The notes beneath the pieces were generated by a model. The model was not told the DNA's origin, ran no database searches, and worked only from the letters and a program-made list of their open reading frames with translations. From IMG/VR virus record IMGVR_UViG_3300031454_000007, positions 1 to 49,573 of that record: a stretch of DNA of 49,573 nt; one strand, written 5' to 3'. This document shows positions 9,265 to 19,270 of the stretch, piece by piece. Origin of the DNA: a virus. Lineage: Duplodnaviria; Caudoviricetes. Position 1 is the stretch's first letter. The number at the start of each line of letters is the position of its first letter. The translations under genes were made by a program, and so were the position numbers.

Positions 9265-9669
9265 ATGGCTGATCCTATTGTGATGGGACCCCGGACGCGT
9301 AGCAGTGTGCCGTTTTACGGGGAGTTCCTGCACAGCGAGTACCACTTAATGCGCGTTGGTGGGCGGCTTGACGCGGCGGCTATTATAGCTGACGCGTCGG
9401 GTAGAAAGTACGTCCCGGCAGGCACACTTGTGGGTCGCTTGCGGGCAACCGAAAACCTATTCGGACCCTATGCCGCGGGTGATACGGAGTTTTACCTGAC
9501 GGCGTTTGATGTGATTGACGCGGCTAAGGATAACGAGGTCGAACTGATCGTGGTCGGCAAGAACTTTACTGTTGTTCCGGAGCGTCTACCAGGTTGGGCC
9601 GCTTTGCCCATCGCGCAACAGACGCTCATATTCGACAACTACAAAATCCTGAAAGATGGCGCAGAATAA
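9265..9669 (+). CDS. Head decoration/capsid cement protein
   Basis: GRKYVPAGTLVG motif; lies between scaffold and MCP. Confidence 0.75.
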   Translation: MADPIVMGPRTRSSVPFYGEFLHSEYHLMRVGGRLDAAAIIADASGRKYVPAGTLVGRLRATENLFGPYAAGDTEFYLTAFDVIDAAKDNEVELIVVGKNFTVVPERLPGWAALPIAQQTLIFDNYKILKDGAE

Positions 9670-10799
9670 TGGACCTTGCAAAGATTATTGCCGATAAACT
9701 AGCCGACGGCAGCATCACTTCATTCGTTAACGATGCCCGCGCAGGCTTCGCGCTCACTATGCCCGACGGCTCAACCGTCGATTACGTCGGCGCACGCTAT
9801 CTTCCCCTTGTCAACCGTGAGAACGCTTTTGATGAGGACGGCATTTACTTCCGCTCAGTCATTGCTTACGACGCGACGCGTTACGCCCCGGTAGTGCCGC
9901 GCGGTGGTATGGAGTCCGAGCCTATCTCGGTGCGGTTGCGCACGAACGACACGGGCGCTCAGCTTACCGGGCGTGACTACGACGTGATCGTCCAGCTCGC
10001 GCGCCTCAACCGCATTGATGGTGTCGAGCGCATCTTGCAAGACTTTTTGTTGACCCAGATCATCAAACCGCTTAACGACCTGATCGAAAAACAACGCTGG
10101 GCAGCCATTGCTGACGGGATTGTCAAGCGTCGTGGTGACTCGGGTTATCAAGAGGACGTGCCTTACGCTAACCCGGCAGGCCACCGCGCGACCATCCCCT
10201 CCGGTACGAACGCAGCACCTGCGGGCTGGTACGATCCGGCCTACAGCATCCTGAATGACATTTTTGCGATGGCCGACAAACTTGGTGTCGTTACAGACAT
10301 CATCACGAGCCGCCGCATCTTGTCGCTCATGAGCATGAACAACGAGATCAAAGCTTATGGTGGGATGGCTGTCACAAACGTCAACGGCCAGACGCAAACC
10401 CTATCAGGTCGGGTCCTGTCGGATTCTATTGACAACATCCTGCGCTCGAACGGTTTACCCGGCATTACGCTGCACGAGGCGACCTATGAGCAGCTTAATG
10501 GCGCTCGCGTGCGGTATTTGCGCGACACAGCGTTTGTGATGCTGAACAGCTCGAGTATCGACCCGGTTGTCGTGAGTGACCGTCCTGAGCTGATCGCCCC
10601 TACAACCCTCGGGTTTGTCGGTAACGGTATCGCAACTGCACAGACGACAAACGGTAAGGCGGTGTATCTGCGGGTGAACGGAAACCGGAAAGCTCCGAAC
10701 GTCGAATGTGAAGGAACTCAAGTAAGCCTGCCGATTCTTCGGAACGCCGACGGTCGTCAGCGCTTAGGCATTCTCAACATTCCAGCTAAGGCGGCCTAA
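9669..10799 (+). CDS. Major capsid protein (HK97 fold, lambda gpE-like)
   Basis: 376 aa from ATG 9669 (TAATG coupling); IEKQRWAAIADG, W.DP...I.ND motifs. Confidence 0.85.
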   Translation: MDLAKIIADKLADGSITSFVNDARAGFALTMPDGSTVDYVGARYLPLVNRENAFDEDGIYFRSVIAYDATRYAPVVPRGGMESEPISVRLRTNDTGAQLTGRDYDVIVQLARLNRIDGVERILQDFLLTQIIKPLNDLIEKQRWAAIADGIVKRRGDSGYQEDVPYANPAGHRATIPSGTNAAPAGWYDPAYSILNDIFAMADKLGVVTDIITSRRILSLMSMNNEIKAYGGMAVTNVNGQTQTLSGRVLSDSIDNILRSNGLPGITLHEATYEQLNGARVRYLRDTAFVMLNSSSIDPVVVSDRPELIAPTTLGFVGNGIATAQTTNGKAVYLRVNGNRKAPNVECEGTQVSLPILRNADGRQRLGILNIPAKAA

Positions 10800-10801
10800 C
10801 C

Positions 10802-11032
10802 ATGACGGATTCATTTGGAGCTTCCGGTACGTTTAAAAACGGCGTCTTTAAGCCCTATGGCGAAGAGGTTAAGCCTTCAAGCCCCTTCGCCTCTCTTCCC
10901 GAGCCCGTCCAGAAGTCTCTCGCGGACGCGGGCATCACAAGCGTGGACGACGCTAAAAAGCTAGGTGAGGCGGGTCTCATCAAGTTGCCGAACATCGGTG
11001 CGGCAATCGCAAAAGATATACTCGAGCTTTAG
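10802..11032 (+). CDS. Small helix-hairpin-helix protein
   Basis: LADAGITSVDD...LIKLPNIGAAIAKDI HhH pattern after the MCP. Confidence 0.7.
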   Translation: MTDSFGASGTFKNGVFKPYGEEVKPSSPFASLPEPVQKSLADAGITSVDDAKKLGEAGLIKLPNIGAAIAKDILEL

Positions 11033-11047
11033 CGAAACCCACGATCC

Positions 11048-11076
11048 AAAGCCCGTCTTAATGGCGGGCTTTTTTT
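11048..11076 (+). terminator. Rho-independent terminator after the capsid genes
   Basis: AAAGCCCGTC-TTAAT-GGCGGGC-T7. Confidence 0.85.
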
Positions 11077-11151
11077 GCCCTGAAGCAAATTATCTAGGTC
11101 TACAAGTCGGGTTCCAACCCGGCTTTTGTCATTTCACGAAAGGAGGCCCTC

Positions 11152-14100
11152 ATGGGCACCATCAACGTCCTCAATACCGAAGGTATCCAGGGGGTGCTCG
11201 CCGCTGCGGACGAAGCCACCAGCCTGGCGTCCCAGGCTGCCGCCAAAGCGTTCGAGGCAACCCAAATGGCGCTCGCCGCCGCCGGGCAGGTAGCCACGCA
11301 TGAGGCGGTCGTCGCCGGGGTCCTCGCTATCGTGCGTTCGGAACTGGGCCAGCAGCTCTACAACCCCCGTGGCGCGTGGTCGGCGGAAAGGACGTACGGC
11401 CTTAACGATCTGGTCTCGTACCTGTTGCCGGACGGTACGGCGCAGGCGTTTCTGGCGTTACGGGCCGTTCCGCAGGGTGTCTTCCCGACAGACACCGAAT
11501 ACTGGTCGGTGCTCGGTCAAAAGGCGACGCCTCCCGGCTTTACGCTCAGCTTCGTTTTGGCAGGCGACACGCTCACGCTGGCCCCCGGCGCGAACGCCGT
11601 GGTGCCGGTTACGGTCGAGCGCGTTAACTTCGCGCAAACCGAGCTGGTTTTCGAGGTCATCAGCGACGAGCCCGGCCTGTCGGGGACGGTGGTCTACAAC
11701 CCCCCATCCGAGGAGACGGCTCGTGAAGACGAGGGTCTGGAAGAAGAGAACCTGGTCGAGGGGCAGGGGCAGCTGAGCAGCTACACGCTGACCCTCGAGG
11801 CCACGAGTGCGACGCCGGAAGGACTGGTCGCGCTCAGGTTGGTAGCGCGGGTCGCGGGCTGGGTGGATGACCCCACCAGCCCCCTCTACCCGCTCACTGC
11901 CGAACGGACGCTGAATCTGGTGATGGCCAAGAGCGGGACGGTCATCGCGTCGGACGCCACCGCGGTCTGGGGTATGTCGGCCATCTCCGGCTACACCCTG
12001 CCCGGGTTTTTGAAAGACGAGGGTCCCAACGCCCTGCACCTGACCCGCCTCGGCGACGTCCGGCCCAACACACGCACCGACGCCTGGATTTCCGAAGGTA
12101 CGCCCGGCAGCGTTCTGCACTCCCCGCCCTTGACGGGCCACTCGATGGACGGACCGCTGGACCTGGGATTTATCGTGCGTACTCCCGAGAGGTTGCTCGA
12201 CGGCGCGGTTGTAGCGGCCTTCGCCTCGACGGTCCGCAAGCACGACTACGCCTACGTGTACAAAACCTCGGCAGGACTCCGGCTCAGGACCGCGTGGCAG
12301 AACGCCGCGGGTACCGGGGCCGACACCAAAGACTCCGCCGCGATCCCTCTGGACACGCGCGTGGCGATCAGCTGCGACCCGGCGACGAAACTCATCACCT
12401 TGCACGGAGTCAAAGGGGGTACCAGCCAGAGCGTGGCGCTACCCGCCTGGCCTGCCGCCGGGGTAAGGATGTCGGCGTTCGCGGTGCTCCAGAGCGACGG
12501 GACAGTGCTTCAGCCCTCGGTCGGGGAGATCGTCACGGCCTCGGCGCACCGGGCCGTGCTCGAGCCGATCCGCCGCAACCGCAACGCCCAGCGGCTGGTC
12601 GACGACTTCGCCGTCTCCTCGTCTGTCGCCAGAAAAGGCGAGTTTCCGAGCGGCACCCGGCTGATCCTCGAGATGAAGCCGGGCGGCGTCACTGCCGACC
12701 GCACCTTCTACAGTCCGACCCACACGCTCACGCTGCTCGGCGACGCGCACGAGGGTGCTGAGGGCGGTGTCGTGACGACCGGCGCGGTCGGTTCCGGGGC
12801 GCAGACCGACTTTATGCCGGACGTGACCTGGGAGCGGGATTTCACGGCGGCGTTCGTACTGACGGACTTTTTCGCCGCGCCCGCGGGCATCTGCACCCTC
12901 GCCCTGGCCGGACAAAACCAGGCGAACGCCTTTGTCAAAATCCTGCCTAAACCCGCCGGTACGGGCTCCGCGACCGACGACGCGCTCTTTTCGATAGTCC
13001 CCGGCGAGGGCATCCCGGTCATCCGGGGGCTGCTCGTCAACGTCGGCAAAAAACCTCGGCATTTGTTCAAACTCCGCTACACCGCCTCTACGCGGACGCT
13101 CGCCGTTTTCGAGGCGTTCAGCGGCAGGGCACTCCCCAACCCGCTGGCCCTACCGGAAGCAAACTTCACCGGCCCGATCCGGTTGATGCTTGGATTTGTC
13201 TACAAGGGGGCGGCGACGGAGTTCTCGAGGACACTCCAGAGCGGCGTCTGGCTCGGCAACCGCGCCTACACCATCGCCGAGGAGAGCGCGGCGCTGGCAG
13301 CGCTGGGGATCGCGGCAGGCGAACTGACGCCCGTTATCAACAACCCCGGCGTGCCGGTAACGCCGCCACCGAACCCCGACCCCACCACCGGCTGGTCGCT
13401 CGTCGCGCCACAGGTGTTCGACGTGTCGCGTCTCGGTAGCGGTGACCTCAAAGACATCTACGACGAGCTGGCAAAGCCCAGCTGGCTATACATGGCGAAC
13501 AGCAAACGAGACAACAAGATCGGCGATCACCAGCGGTGGAAGGATGAGTACGCCGACCGTTACGAGATCAAGGAGCTCGGGGGGGTCAAATACCGCTTGT
13601 ACACCGGTCCGACCTGTGGCCAGTACTTTCTGGGTCGAGGCATCTCGGGGATGTCATTCAACGTGGTGTCGCACGCTTTCCGAGCGGTCAAGGATTTGCG
13701 GCTCCTCGACGTAGCCTGTTACGACGTCGAGACGCTCATGGATCAGGCACGCGACGATTCGGGCATCGAGTCGGATAAGCCCGACGGCTTCCTGGGCTTT
13801 ACCTACGGCTGCTCCGCGCAACGCGCCCTGTTCTTCTCGCCGGACGACCCGCGCAATACGGCTTACGTCAAAAGCGGCAAACTCAGGTACGCCAACAACG
13901 TGGAAAGTGGTAACGCGGGATTGAAAAAAATGACCGGGGTCGAGAAACACCTCGAGGAGGGGCTGATGCTGGGCTGGATGGTGACCGCGCTCGGCGCGCA
14001 CGCCAACATCGACAAATTCAGCCCGACCTACGAGCCGGTAGGAGACCGCTCGGCGACGCCGCAGTTTTACCGTCGGGTACGGGACAAGGCGATCAAGGTT

Positions 14101-14904
14101 TATGAAGAGACCAACCGGAAGTGGGACAAGCACTGGGGCGACGACCGCCGGAGTGAGCTGCCGATGCACGTCCGCCGCACCCTCATCCACTCGGCGCTCG
14201 TCGAGCTGGCGGGGGCTGTCGCCTACGCCAAGATAAAGGGGGGCGCGAACTGGAAATCCACAACCCTCTTTGCCGAGTGCAAGCGGACGTGGAAGCTGAT
14301 CTTCGGGCCGCTTGAAAAGGTCGGCGTGCCGAAAAACATCCACCACGCCGTCTGGCACGAAGCCACACACCCGCGCTACGGCAAGTGCTTGTTCTGGGCT
14401 CACCAGGTCGCTCGCTACTCGCCGAGCGGCACCAAAGACAACTCCGGCGAGTACATTCCCATCGCAAACAAAGACGACCAGTACCCCCACCCGAACAACT
14501 ACACCTCGAGCGACTACGGGGTGATGGTCTTCTTGCACGAGGAGGGCTGCGGCTTTTTTGAGCAGTCGTGGCTCGAGAAGATCGCCAATCTCATCTTGGC
14601 GACCATGCAGCTGGGTGAGATTTTCGTCCGAAACGAACGCCCCGAAATCACTCCGTATCCGATGAACGGCGGCAACAACGTCGAATCACTCGTTTCGCCG
14701 TGGGACCCGAACGGGAGAAAGAGCAAACTCGGCGCGACGAACGTGCTGGCCGGTCACACCGCGTCGGCCTTGGCCGCGTTCGACGTTCACGGCGAGCTCG
14801 AGGCGCTGGCTCGAGCTCACTACAAGAAATACAGCAGCCCGCAGTTTCCGGGCGTGCCCGCTGGCCTGCTCTACGCAGCGGCGAAACGGGAGGGGAGGTT
14901 ATGA
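11152..14904 (+). CDS. Giant multidomain putative virion appendage protein, paralogue A (1250 aa)
   Basis: RBS AAAGGAGG; helical N-terminus, W-x5-Y-x3-D-x-V-x-Y CBM-like motif, beta-rich domains, Pro linker, aromatic-rich C-terminal domain. Confidence 0.8.
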   Translation: MGTINVLNTEGIQGVLAAADEATSLASQAAAKAFEATQMALAAAGQVATHEAVVAGVLAIVRSELGQQLYNPRGAWSAERTYGLNDLVSYLLPDGTAQAFLALRAVPQGVFPTDTEYWSVLGQKATPPGFTLSFVLAGDTLTLAPGANAVVPVTVERVNFAQTELVFEVISDEPGLSGTVVYNPPSEETAREDEGLEEENLVEGQGQLSSYTLTLEATSATPEGLVALRLVARVAGWVDDPTSPLYPLTAERTLNLVMAKSGTVIASDATAVWGMSAISGYTLPGFLKDEGPNALHLTRLGDVRPNTRTDAWISEGTPGSVLHSPPLTGHSMDGPLDLGFIVRTPERLLDGAVVAAFASTVRKHDYAYVYKTSAGLRLRTAWQNAAGTGADTKDSAAIPLDTRVAISCDPATKLITLHGVKGGTSQSVALPAWPAAGVRMSAFAVLQSDGTVLQPSVGEIVTASAHRAVLEPIRRNRNAQRLVDDFAVSSSVARKGEFPSGTRLILEMKPGGVTADRTFYSPTHTLTLLGDAHEGAEGGVVTTGAVGSGAQTDFMPDVTWERDFTAAFVLTDFFAAPAGICTLALAGQNQANAFVKILPKPAGTGSATDDALFSIVPGEGIPVIRGLLVNVGKKPRHLFKLRYTASTRTLAVFEAFSGRALPNPLALPEANFTGPIRLMLGFVYKGAATEFSRTLQSGVWLGNRAYTIAEESAALAALGIAAGELTPVINNPGVPVTPPPNPDPTTGWSLVAPQVFDVSRLGSGDLKDIYDELAKPSWLYMANSKRDNKIGDHQRWKDEYADRYEIKELGGVKYRLYTGPTCGQYFLGRGISGMSFNVVSHAFRAVKDLRLLDVACYDVETLMDQARDDSGIESDKPDGFLGFTYGCSAQRALFFSPDDPRNTAYVKSGKLRYANNVESGNAGLKKMTGVEKHLEEGLMLGWMVTALGAHANIDKFSPTYEPVGDRSATPQFYRRVRDKAIKVYEETNRKWDKHWGDDRRSELPMHVRRTLIHSALVELAGAVAYAKIKGGANWKSTTLFAECKRTWKLIFGPLEKVGVPKNIHHAVWHEATHPRYGKCLFWAHQVARYSPSGTKDNSGEYIPIANKDDQYPHPNNYTSSDYGVMVFLHEEGCGFFEQSWLEKIANLILATMQLGEIFVRNERPEITPYPMNGGNNVESLVSPWDPNGRKSKLGATNVLAGHTASALAAFDVHGELEALARAHYKKYSSPQFPGVPAGLLYAAAKREGRL

Positions 14905-17900
14905 CGCGGATTCTGAACACCCGGATTGTAAACCCCAAAGCCGCCCTGCAAGCCTTTCTCGCTACGAACGAAGCCACCGACCTGGCCAAGCTGGCCGCTA
15001 CTCGTGCGGGCGAAGCGACGACGCTGGCGGCCAAGGTTGCCGGAAAGGCGGCCAGGGCGGACGCGGTAGTCCCCACCGTCCTGGCGATCCTGCGGGCGGA
15101 GCTGGGCCAGCAGCCCCTCAACCCTCGCGGCGCTTGGCTGGGTTTGGCCTCCTATTCACCCAAAGACCTGGTGAGCTGGCGCACCCCCGCCGGGACCGCC
15201 GAGCTGTTCGTCGCGCTCTACGAGGTGCCGCCGGGTGTGGAGCCGGACAGGACCGACTACTGGGCGATACTCGAGGCCGTTCCGATCTCCGACCCTGCGC
15301 CCGAGACCGAACCGACGCCTGGCGAGCCCGCACCGGTCGATCCGCCACCGGACGCTCCACCACCGAGCGAACCCGTGAGCCTGACGCTGGCGCTCAGCCT
15401 CGAGGGGGCGCTCGGGCTCGAGCCCGGAGGCAGCGCCGTGGTGCAGCTCGAGGTGACGCTAGTCGGCGCGGCTGCCGATACGCCGCTCCTCTTTAAGGTG
15501 GCGTCGGACGAACCCGGCCTGTCGGGAACGGTCGCGCGGGTTGCCGAAGCGCCCGCAGACGACCTCAACCCGAGCGACGAGGAAAACCCCGAAGAGATAC
15601 CGAACCGGGCGGTGTACACCCTCACGGTGGCGGCTGCCGGGGCAACGCCGCAAGGACGCTACGCGGTCACCGTGACCGCGCAGGCTGCCGACTGGGTAGA
15701 TGATCCGGCCAGCCTCCGCTACCGGCTGAGGGGTCAAGTGGGGCTCGAGGTCCTGGCGGCGCAGGCCGTGGCCGTACCCGCGGTCGAACCGAACCCCACG
15801 GCGGTTTGGGGGATGTCCGGCAAGGCGGGCTACACCCTGGCCGAGTTTCTTAAAGATTCGAGCCCTAAAGCCCTGCACCTGATCCGTCTAGGCAATGTCC
15901 GGCCCAACATCGACGGTGACGGCCTCATCTCCGAGGGCACGCCCGGCGGCGTGCTGCACTCGCCGCCACTGACCGGCCACAGCCTAGACGGGATCAACGA
16001 GCTGGGAGTCGTCATCCGCAACCCCGCAGGGCTCACCGACGGGGCGGTAGTGGCGGCGCTTGCCGGGACCGCACGCAGGGACGACTGGGTTTGCGTGCTC
16101 AAAACCAGCACAGGCTTCAAGCTCCGCACCTCGGTGCAGGGCGCTACCGGGGTCGTAACGCGCGACTCCGCCTTCGTCCCGCTAAACGCCCGCTTTGCCA
16201 TAAGCATCGACCCGGTGACGGCCACGGTGAGCCTGCACAGCACTCTCGACCTCAAAAGTGTCTCCCTCCCGCGGCCCGCCTGGCCTGCTCAGGGCGTGGC
16301 AGCGTCGTTTCTTGGAATACTCCGCGCCGACGGCTCGGTTATCAACTCGAGTGCGGGACACGTGCTGGCGGCGACGCCGCACAAGGAGATTTTGGGCGAC
16401 GTCCGCCGCGACCACAACGCCCAGGCGCTCGCCTCCCTCTACACCGCCGTGGACTACAAACCCAAACCCGAGTTCCCGACCGGCACCCGGATCATCCAGC
16501 TGATGCGGCCAGGCGACGCGACCGTCGATAGGACCTTCTACGACCCCGCTACCCACGACCTGAAACTTCTCGGCGACGCCTCCGCGGGTGCGAAAGGCGG
16601 GATCGTAACGACCGGCGCAGTGGGCTCCGGCGCTCGCACCGACTGGCTGCCGGATGTGACGTGGGAACGCGGCTTCATGTTGATCTACGTTGCCGACGGA
16701 TTTTTCGACGCGCCGCCCGCGGTGTGCCAGCTGGCGCTCGGCAGCAAAAACAAATCCGAGGCGTGGTTCAAGCTGCGGCCCGAAATCAGCGGCGACGCGC
16801 ACCGGGCCGTCGCCGGGGCGATGTACCCGCCCGGCGCGAAGTTCGTCGTCGACGTCGGCAGGCGGCTGCGGCACCTGTTCGTGCTCCGCTACAGCGCCTC
16901 CGCGCGCACGCTCACCGTCCGGGAGGTGTTCTCGGGTCAGGCGACCGCCCCCCTACCCATCCCGGCGGCCTACGCGGGGCCGCTCGGCGTGTCGCTGGGC
17001 ACCGCCTACCGCGGCAAGGTAGGCACCACCACCGCCGACCTCGGCGCGACCGAGCCGAGCGCCACACGCTCCGGTGGCCTCTACCTGGGAGTAGGTCCGT
17101 TCAGCAAGGCTCAAGAGGACGACGTGATCGCGGCGCTCGGCGTCACCGCGTCCGACCTCATCCTGCCGCCGCCGCCCACACCGACACCCGACCCAACGCC
17201 CACGCCAACCCCCGACCCGACCACGGGGCGACTCGTCGGGGCTCAGGACTTCTCCGCGACCCGCCTCGGCGACGGCGACTTGCGCCGCGTCTATAACGAG
17301 CTGGCCGTGCCCGGCTGGCTGTATCTGCCCAACAGCAAACGAACCGACCCGGTAGGCGTCGCCAACGGCTGGGAAAGGCGTTTTGTGCCGAGCGCCGCCA
17401 ACGAGGGCACCGTCTGGCGCTGGGACTCGTACGGCGGCGTGCGCTACAAACGCTTTATCGGCGGCCTGCGCGGCGCGTACTTTATCGGGCGCGGCATGGC
17501 CCGCGTGTCGGAAATGGTCGTCTCGCAGGCGTTCCGGGCGACCCGCGACCTGCGGCTCCTCGACGTCGCCTGCCTTGACCTCGAGGCGCTCTGCGACGCG
17601 GCCAGGGACGAATCCGGCATCGGCACCGATCAGCCCGACGGGTTTCTCGGCTTCGCCGCGGGCACCGACGCTAAAAGTCGCGTCTTCTTCGGCCCTGACG
17701 ACCCCCGCAACACCGCCGCTGTACATGCCATAAACGGCGTCACCAGGCCGTACGAGATGAACGAGGGGGGCGGCAACGAGGGGCTCAAAAAGTACACGGG
17801 AACGGAGGTGCAGCTCGAGGAGGGGATCATGGTGCTGTGGATGGTGACGGCGCTGGGCGCTCACCGCAACATCGACAAGTTCTCCCCGACTTACGAGCCG

Positions 17901-18776
17901 GTCGGCAACCGCCCCGCGACGCCGCAGTATTACCGGCGGATACGCGATAAGGGGATCAAGCTCTACCTCGATACCTGCAAAAAGTGGGACGCCTTTTACG
18001 CAGGCGACCGCCGGAGTGAGCTGCCGATGCACGTCCGCCGCTCGCTCCTGCACTCGTGGCTCGGTGAGCTGGGCGCAAAGGCTGCCTACGCGATGATCCT
18101 GCACGGCGACGCTTGGGAGGCGAGCGCCGAAGGCCAGGAAGCGGCCCGCGCCTGGCGCATGACTTTCGGGAACTCCGAAAAGGTTGGCGTGCAGAAAACC
18201 CTAAACCTTGCCACCTGGCACGAGGCCACCCACCCCCGCTGGGGCAAGTGCGTGTTCTGGGTTCACGACCTGCGCCGCACCGCGCCGAGCGGCGTCAAGG
18301 ACGCGACCGGGGAGTACATCTCCTCGAAAACGACCCCCAACGGCGTCCACCCGAACAACTACACCGACCACGACTATGGCGTGATGCAGTTCCTCCACGA
18401 AGAAGGCGCGAGTTTTGTAACCCGCGAGTGGCTCGAGAAAATCTGCAACACCATGCTGGCCACACTCGATCTGGGTATCAATTTCGTCCGCATCAGCACC
18501 ACGGACTCGCCCACGCCCATCCCCTACACCCAAAACGGCGGCAACCAGGTGGCGTCGCTGGTCTCGCCGTGGGGCGCGACCAAGAGCACCCTGGGCGCGA
18601 CGGCAACCCTTTTGACGCACAGCGCCGCCGCGGGCATGGCCGCCTACGACGCTCACGGTGAGCTGGAGGCGCTCGTGAAACGCCACCAGACCAAGTACGG
18701 CTCGAGTCAGCAGTACGGCGCGACCAGCGGGCTGCTGTTCACGGCAGCGAAACGCGAAGGTCGGCTAACTCCTTAA
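14901..18776 (+). CDS. Giant multidomain putative virion appendage protein, paralogue B (1291 aa)
   Basis: ATGA coupling with RBS GGAGG; colinear with paralogue A over its full length. Confidence 0.8.
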   Translation: MTRILNTRIVNPKAALQAFLATNEATDLAKLAATRAGEATTLAAKVAGKAARADAVVPTVLAILRAELGQQPLNPRGAWLGLASYSPKDLVSWRTPAGTAELFVALYEVPPGVEPDRTDYWAILEAVPISDPAPETEPTPGEPAPVDPPPDAPPPSEPVSLTLALSLEGALGLEPGGSAVVQLEVTLVGAAADTPLLFKVASDEPGLSGTVARVAEAPADDLNPSDEENPEEIPNRAVYTLTVAAAGATPQGRYAVTVTAQAADWVDDPASLRYRLRGQVGLEVLAAQAVAVPAVEPNPTAVWGMSGKAGYTLAEFLKDSSPKALHLIRLGNVRPNIDGDGLISEGTPGGVLHSPPLTGHSLDGINELGVVIRNPAGLTDGAVVAALAGTARRDDWVCVLKTSTGFKLRTSVQGATGVVTRDSAFVPLNARFAISIDPVTATVSLHSTLDLKSVSLPRPAWPAQGVAASFLGILRADGSVINSSAGHVLAATPHKEILGDVRRDHNAQALASLYTAVDYKPKPEFPTGTRIIQLMRPGDATVDRTFYDPATHDLKLLGDASAGAKGGIVTTGAVGSGARTDWLPDVTWERGFMLIYVADGFFDAPPAVCQLALGSKNKSEAWFKLRPEISGDAHRAVAGAMYPPGAKFVVDVGRRLRHLFVLRYSASARTLTVREVFSGQATAPLPIPAAYAGPLGVSLGTAYRGKVGTTTADLGATEPSATRSGGLYLGVGPFSKAQEDDVIAALGVTASDLILPPPPTPTPDPTPTPTPDPTTGRLVGAQDFSATRLGDGDLRRVYNELAVPGWLYLPNSKRTDPVGVANGWERRFVPSAANEGTVWRWDSYGGVRYKRFIGGLRGAYFIGRGMARVSEMVVSQAFRATRDLRLLDVACLDLEALCDAARDESGIGTDQPDGFLGFAAGTDAKSRVFFGPDDPRNTAAVHAINGVTRPYEMNEGGGNEGLKKYTGTEVQLEEGIMVLWMVTALGAHRNIDKFSPTYEPVGNRPATPQYYRRIRDKGIKLYLDTCKKWDAFYAGDRRSELPMHVRRSLLHSWLGELGAKAAYAMILHGDAWEASAEGQEAARAWRMTFGNSEKVGVQKTLNLATWHEATHPRWGKCVFWVHDLRRTAPSGVKDATGEYISSKTTPNGVHPNNYTDHDYGVMQFLHEEGASFVTREWLEKICNTMLATLDLGINFVRISTTDSPTPIPYTQNGGNQVASLVSPWGATKSTLGATATLLTHSAAAGMAAYDAHGELEALVKRHQTKYGSSQQYGATSGLLFTAAKREGRLTP

Positions 18777-18797
18777 TGGTTTCGGAAAGGCACTAAC

Positions 18798-19268
18798 ATG
18801 AAAAGGCTATTCGCGGTCCTGATCCTCGCAGTTGTCACCCTCTGCACCCCCGCCCTCGCTCAGTACAACGTCACCTGGCGCAACATCCAAGGTCAGGCCA
18901 TCACCACGGCGCTCCAGTCCGGGGCCACATTCCAGGTCTGGAACGCGACCACGATCCCTGCCGACGCCACCGTGGCAGTCACCGGTAACCTGCTCGCCGA
19001 CGGCACCATCACGGGCACGAACGTCACCTTCAACACCACCACATCGGTCCTCACCATCGGCGGGCTTGTGGACTCGGCAATCAACACCACAGGTGCACCG
19101 AACATCGTGAGAATCATCGACGACGGTGGCGCGCGAGTGCAGTACACCGCCAAGATGTCCGCCGCTACCGGCACAGCCCAGATTGTCATCACCGATTCTG
19201 TGAACGCGGCAGCCACCGAGCTGCTACAAAACAGGCCGTTCAGCGCCAGCATCAGCATCCAGTACTAG
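18798..19268 (+). CDS. Beta-rich, Thr-rich protein with a Sec-type signal peptide
   Basis: MKRLFAVLILAVVTLCTPALA|Q; RBS GAAAGG. Confidence 0.75.
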   Translation: MKRLFAVLILAVVTLCTPALAQYNVTWRNIQGQAITTALQSGATFQVWNATTIPADATVAVTGNLLADGTITGTNVTFNTTTSVLTIGGLVDSAINTTGAPNIVRIIDDGGARVQYTAKMSAATGTAQIVITDSVNAAATELLQNRPFSASISIQY

Positions 19269-19270
19269 CC

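Noticed and set aside
14700-14900. ORF-track start of paralogue B at 14700
   Set aside because: It overlaps paralogue A by 200 nt; ATG 14901 has an RBS, ATGA coupling and aligns with the start of paralogue A
11152-18776. Diversity-generating retroelement TR/VR pair
   Set aside because: No reverse transcriptase in the window; both copies are full coding paralogues and the differences are not adenine-specific
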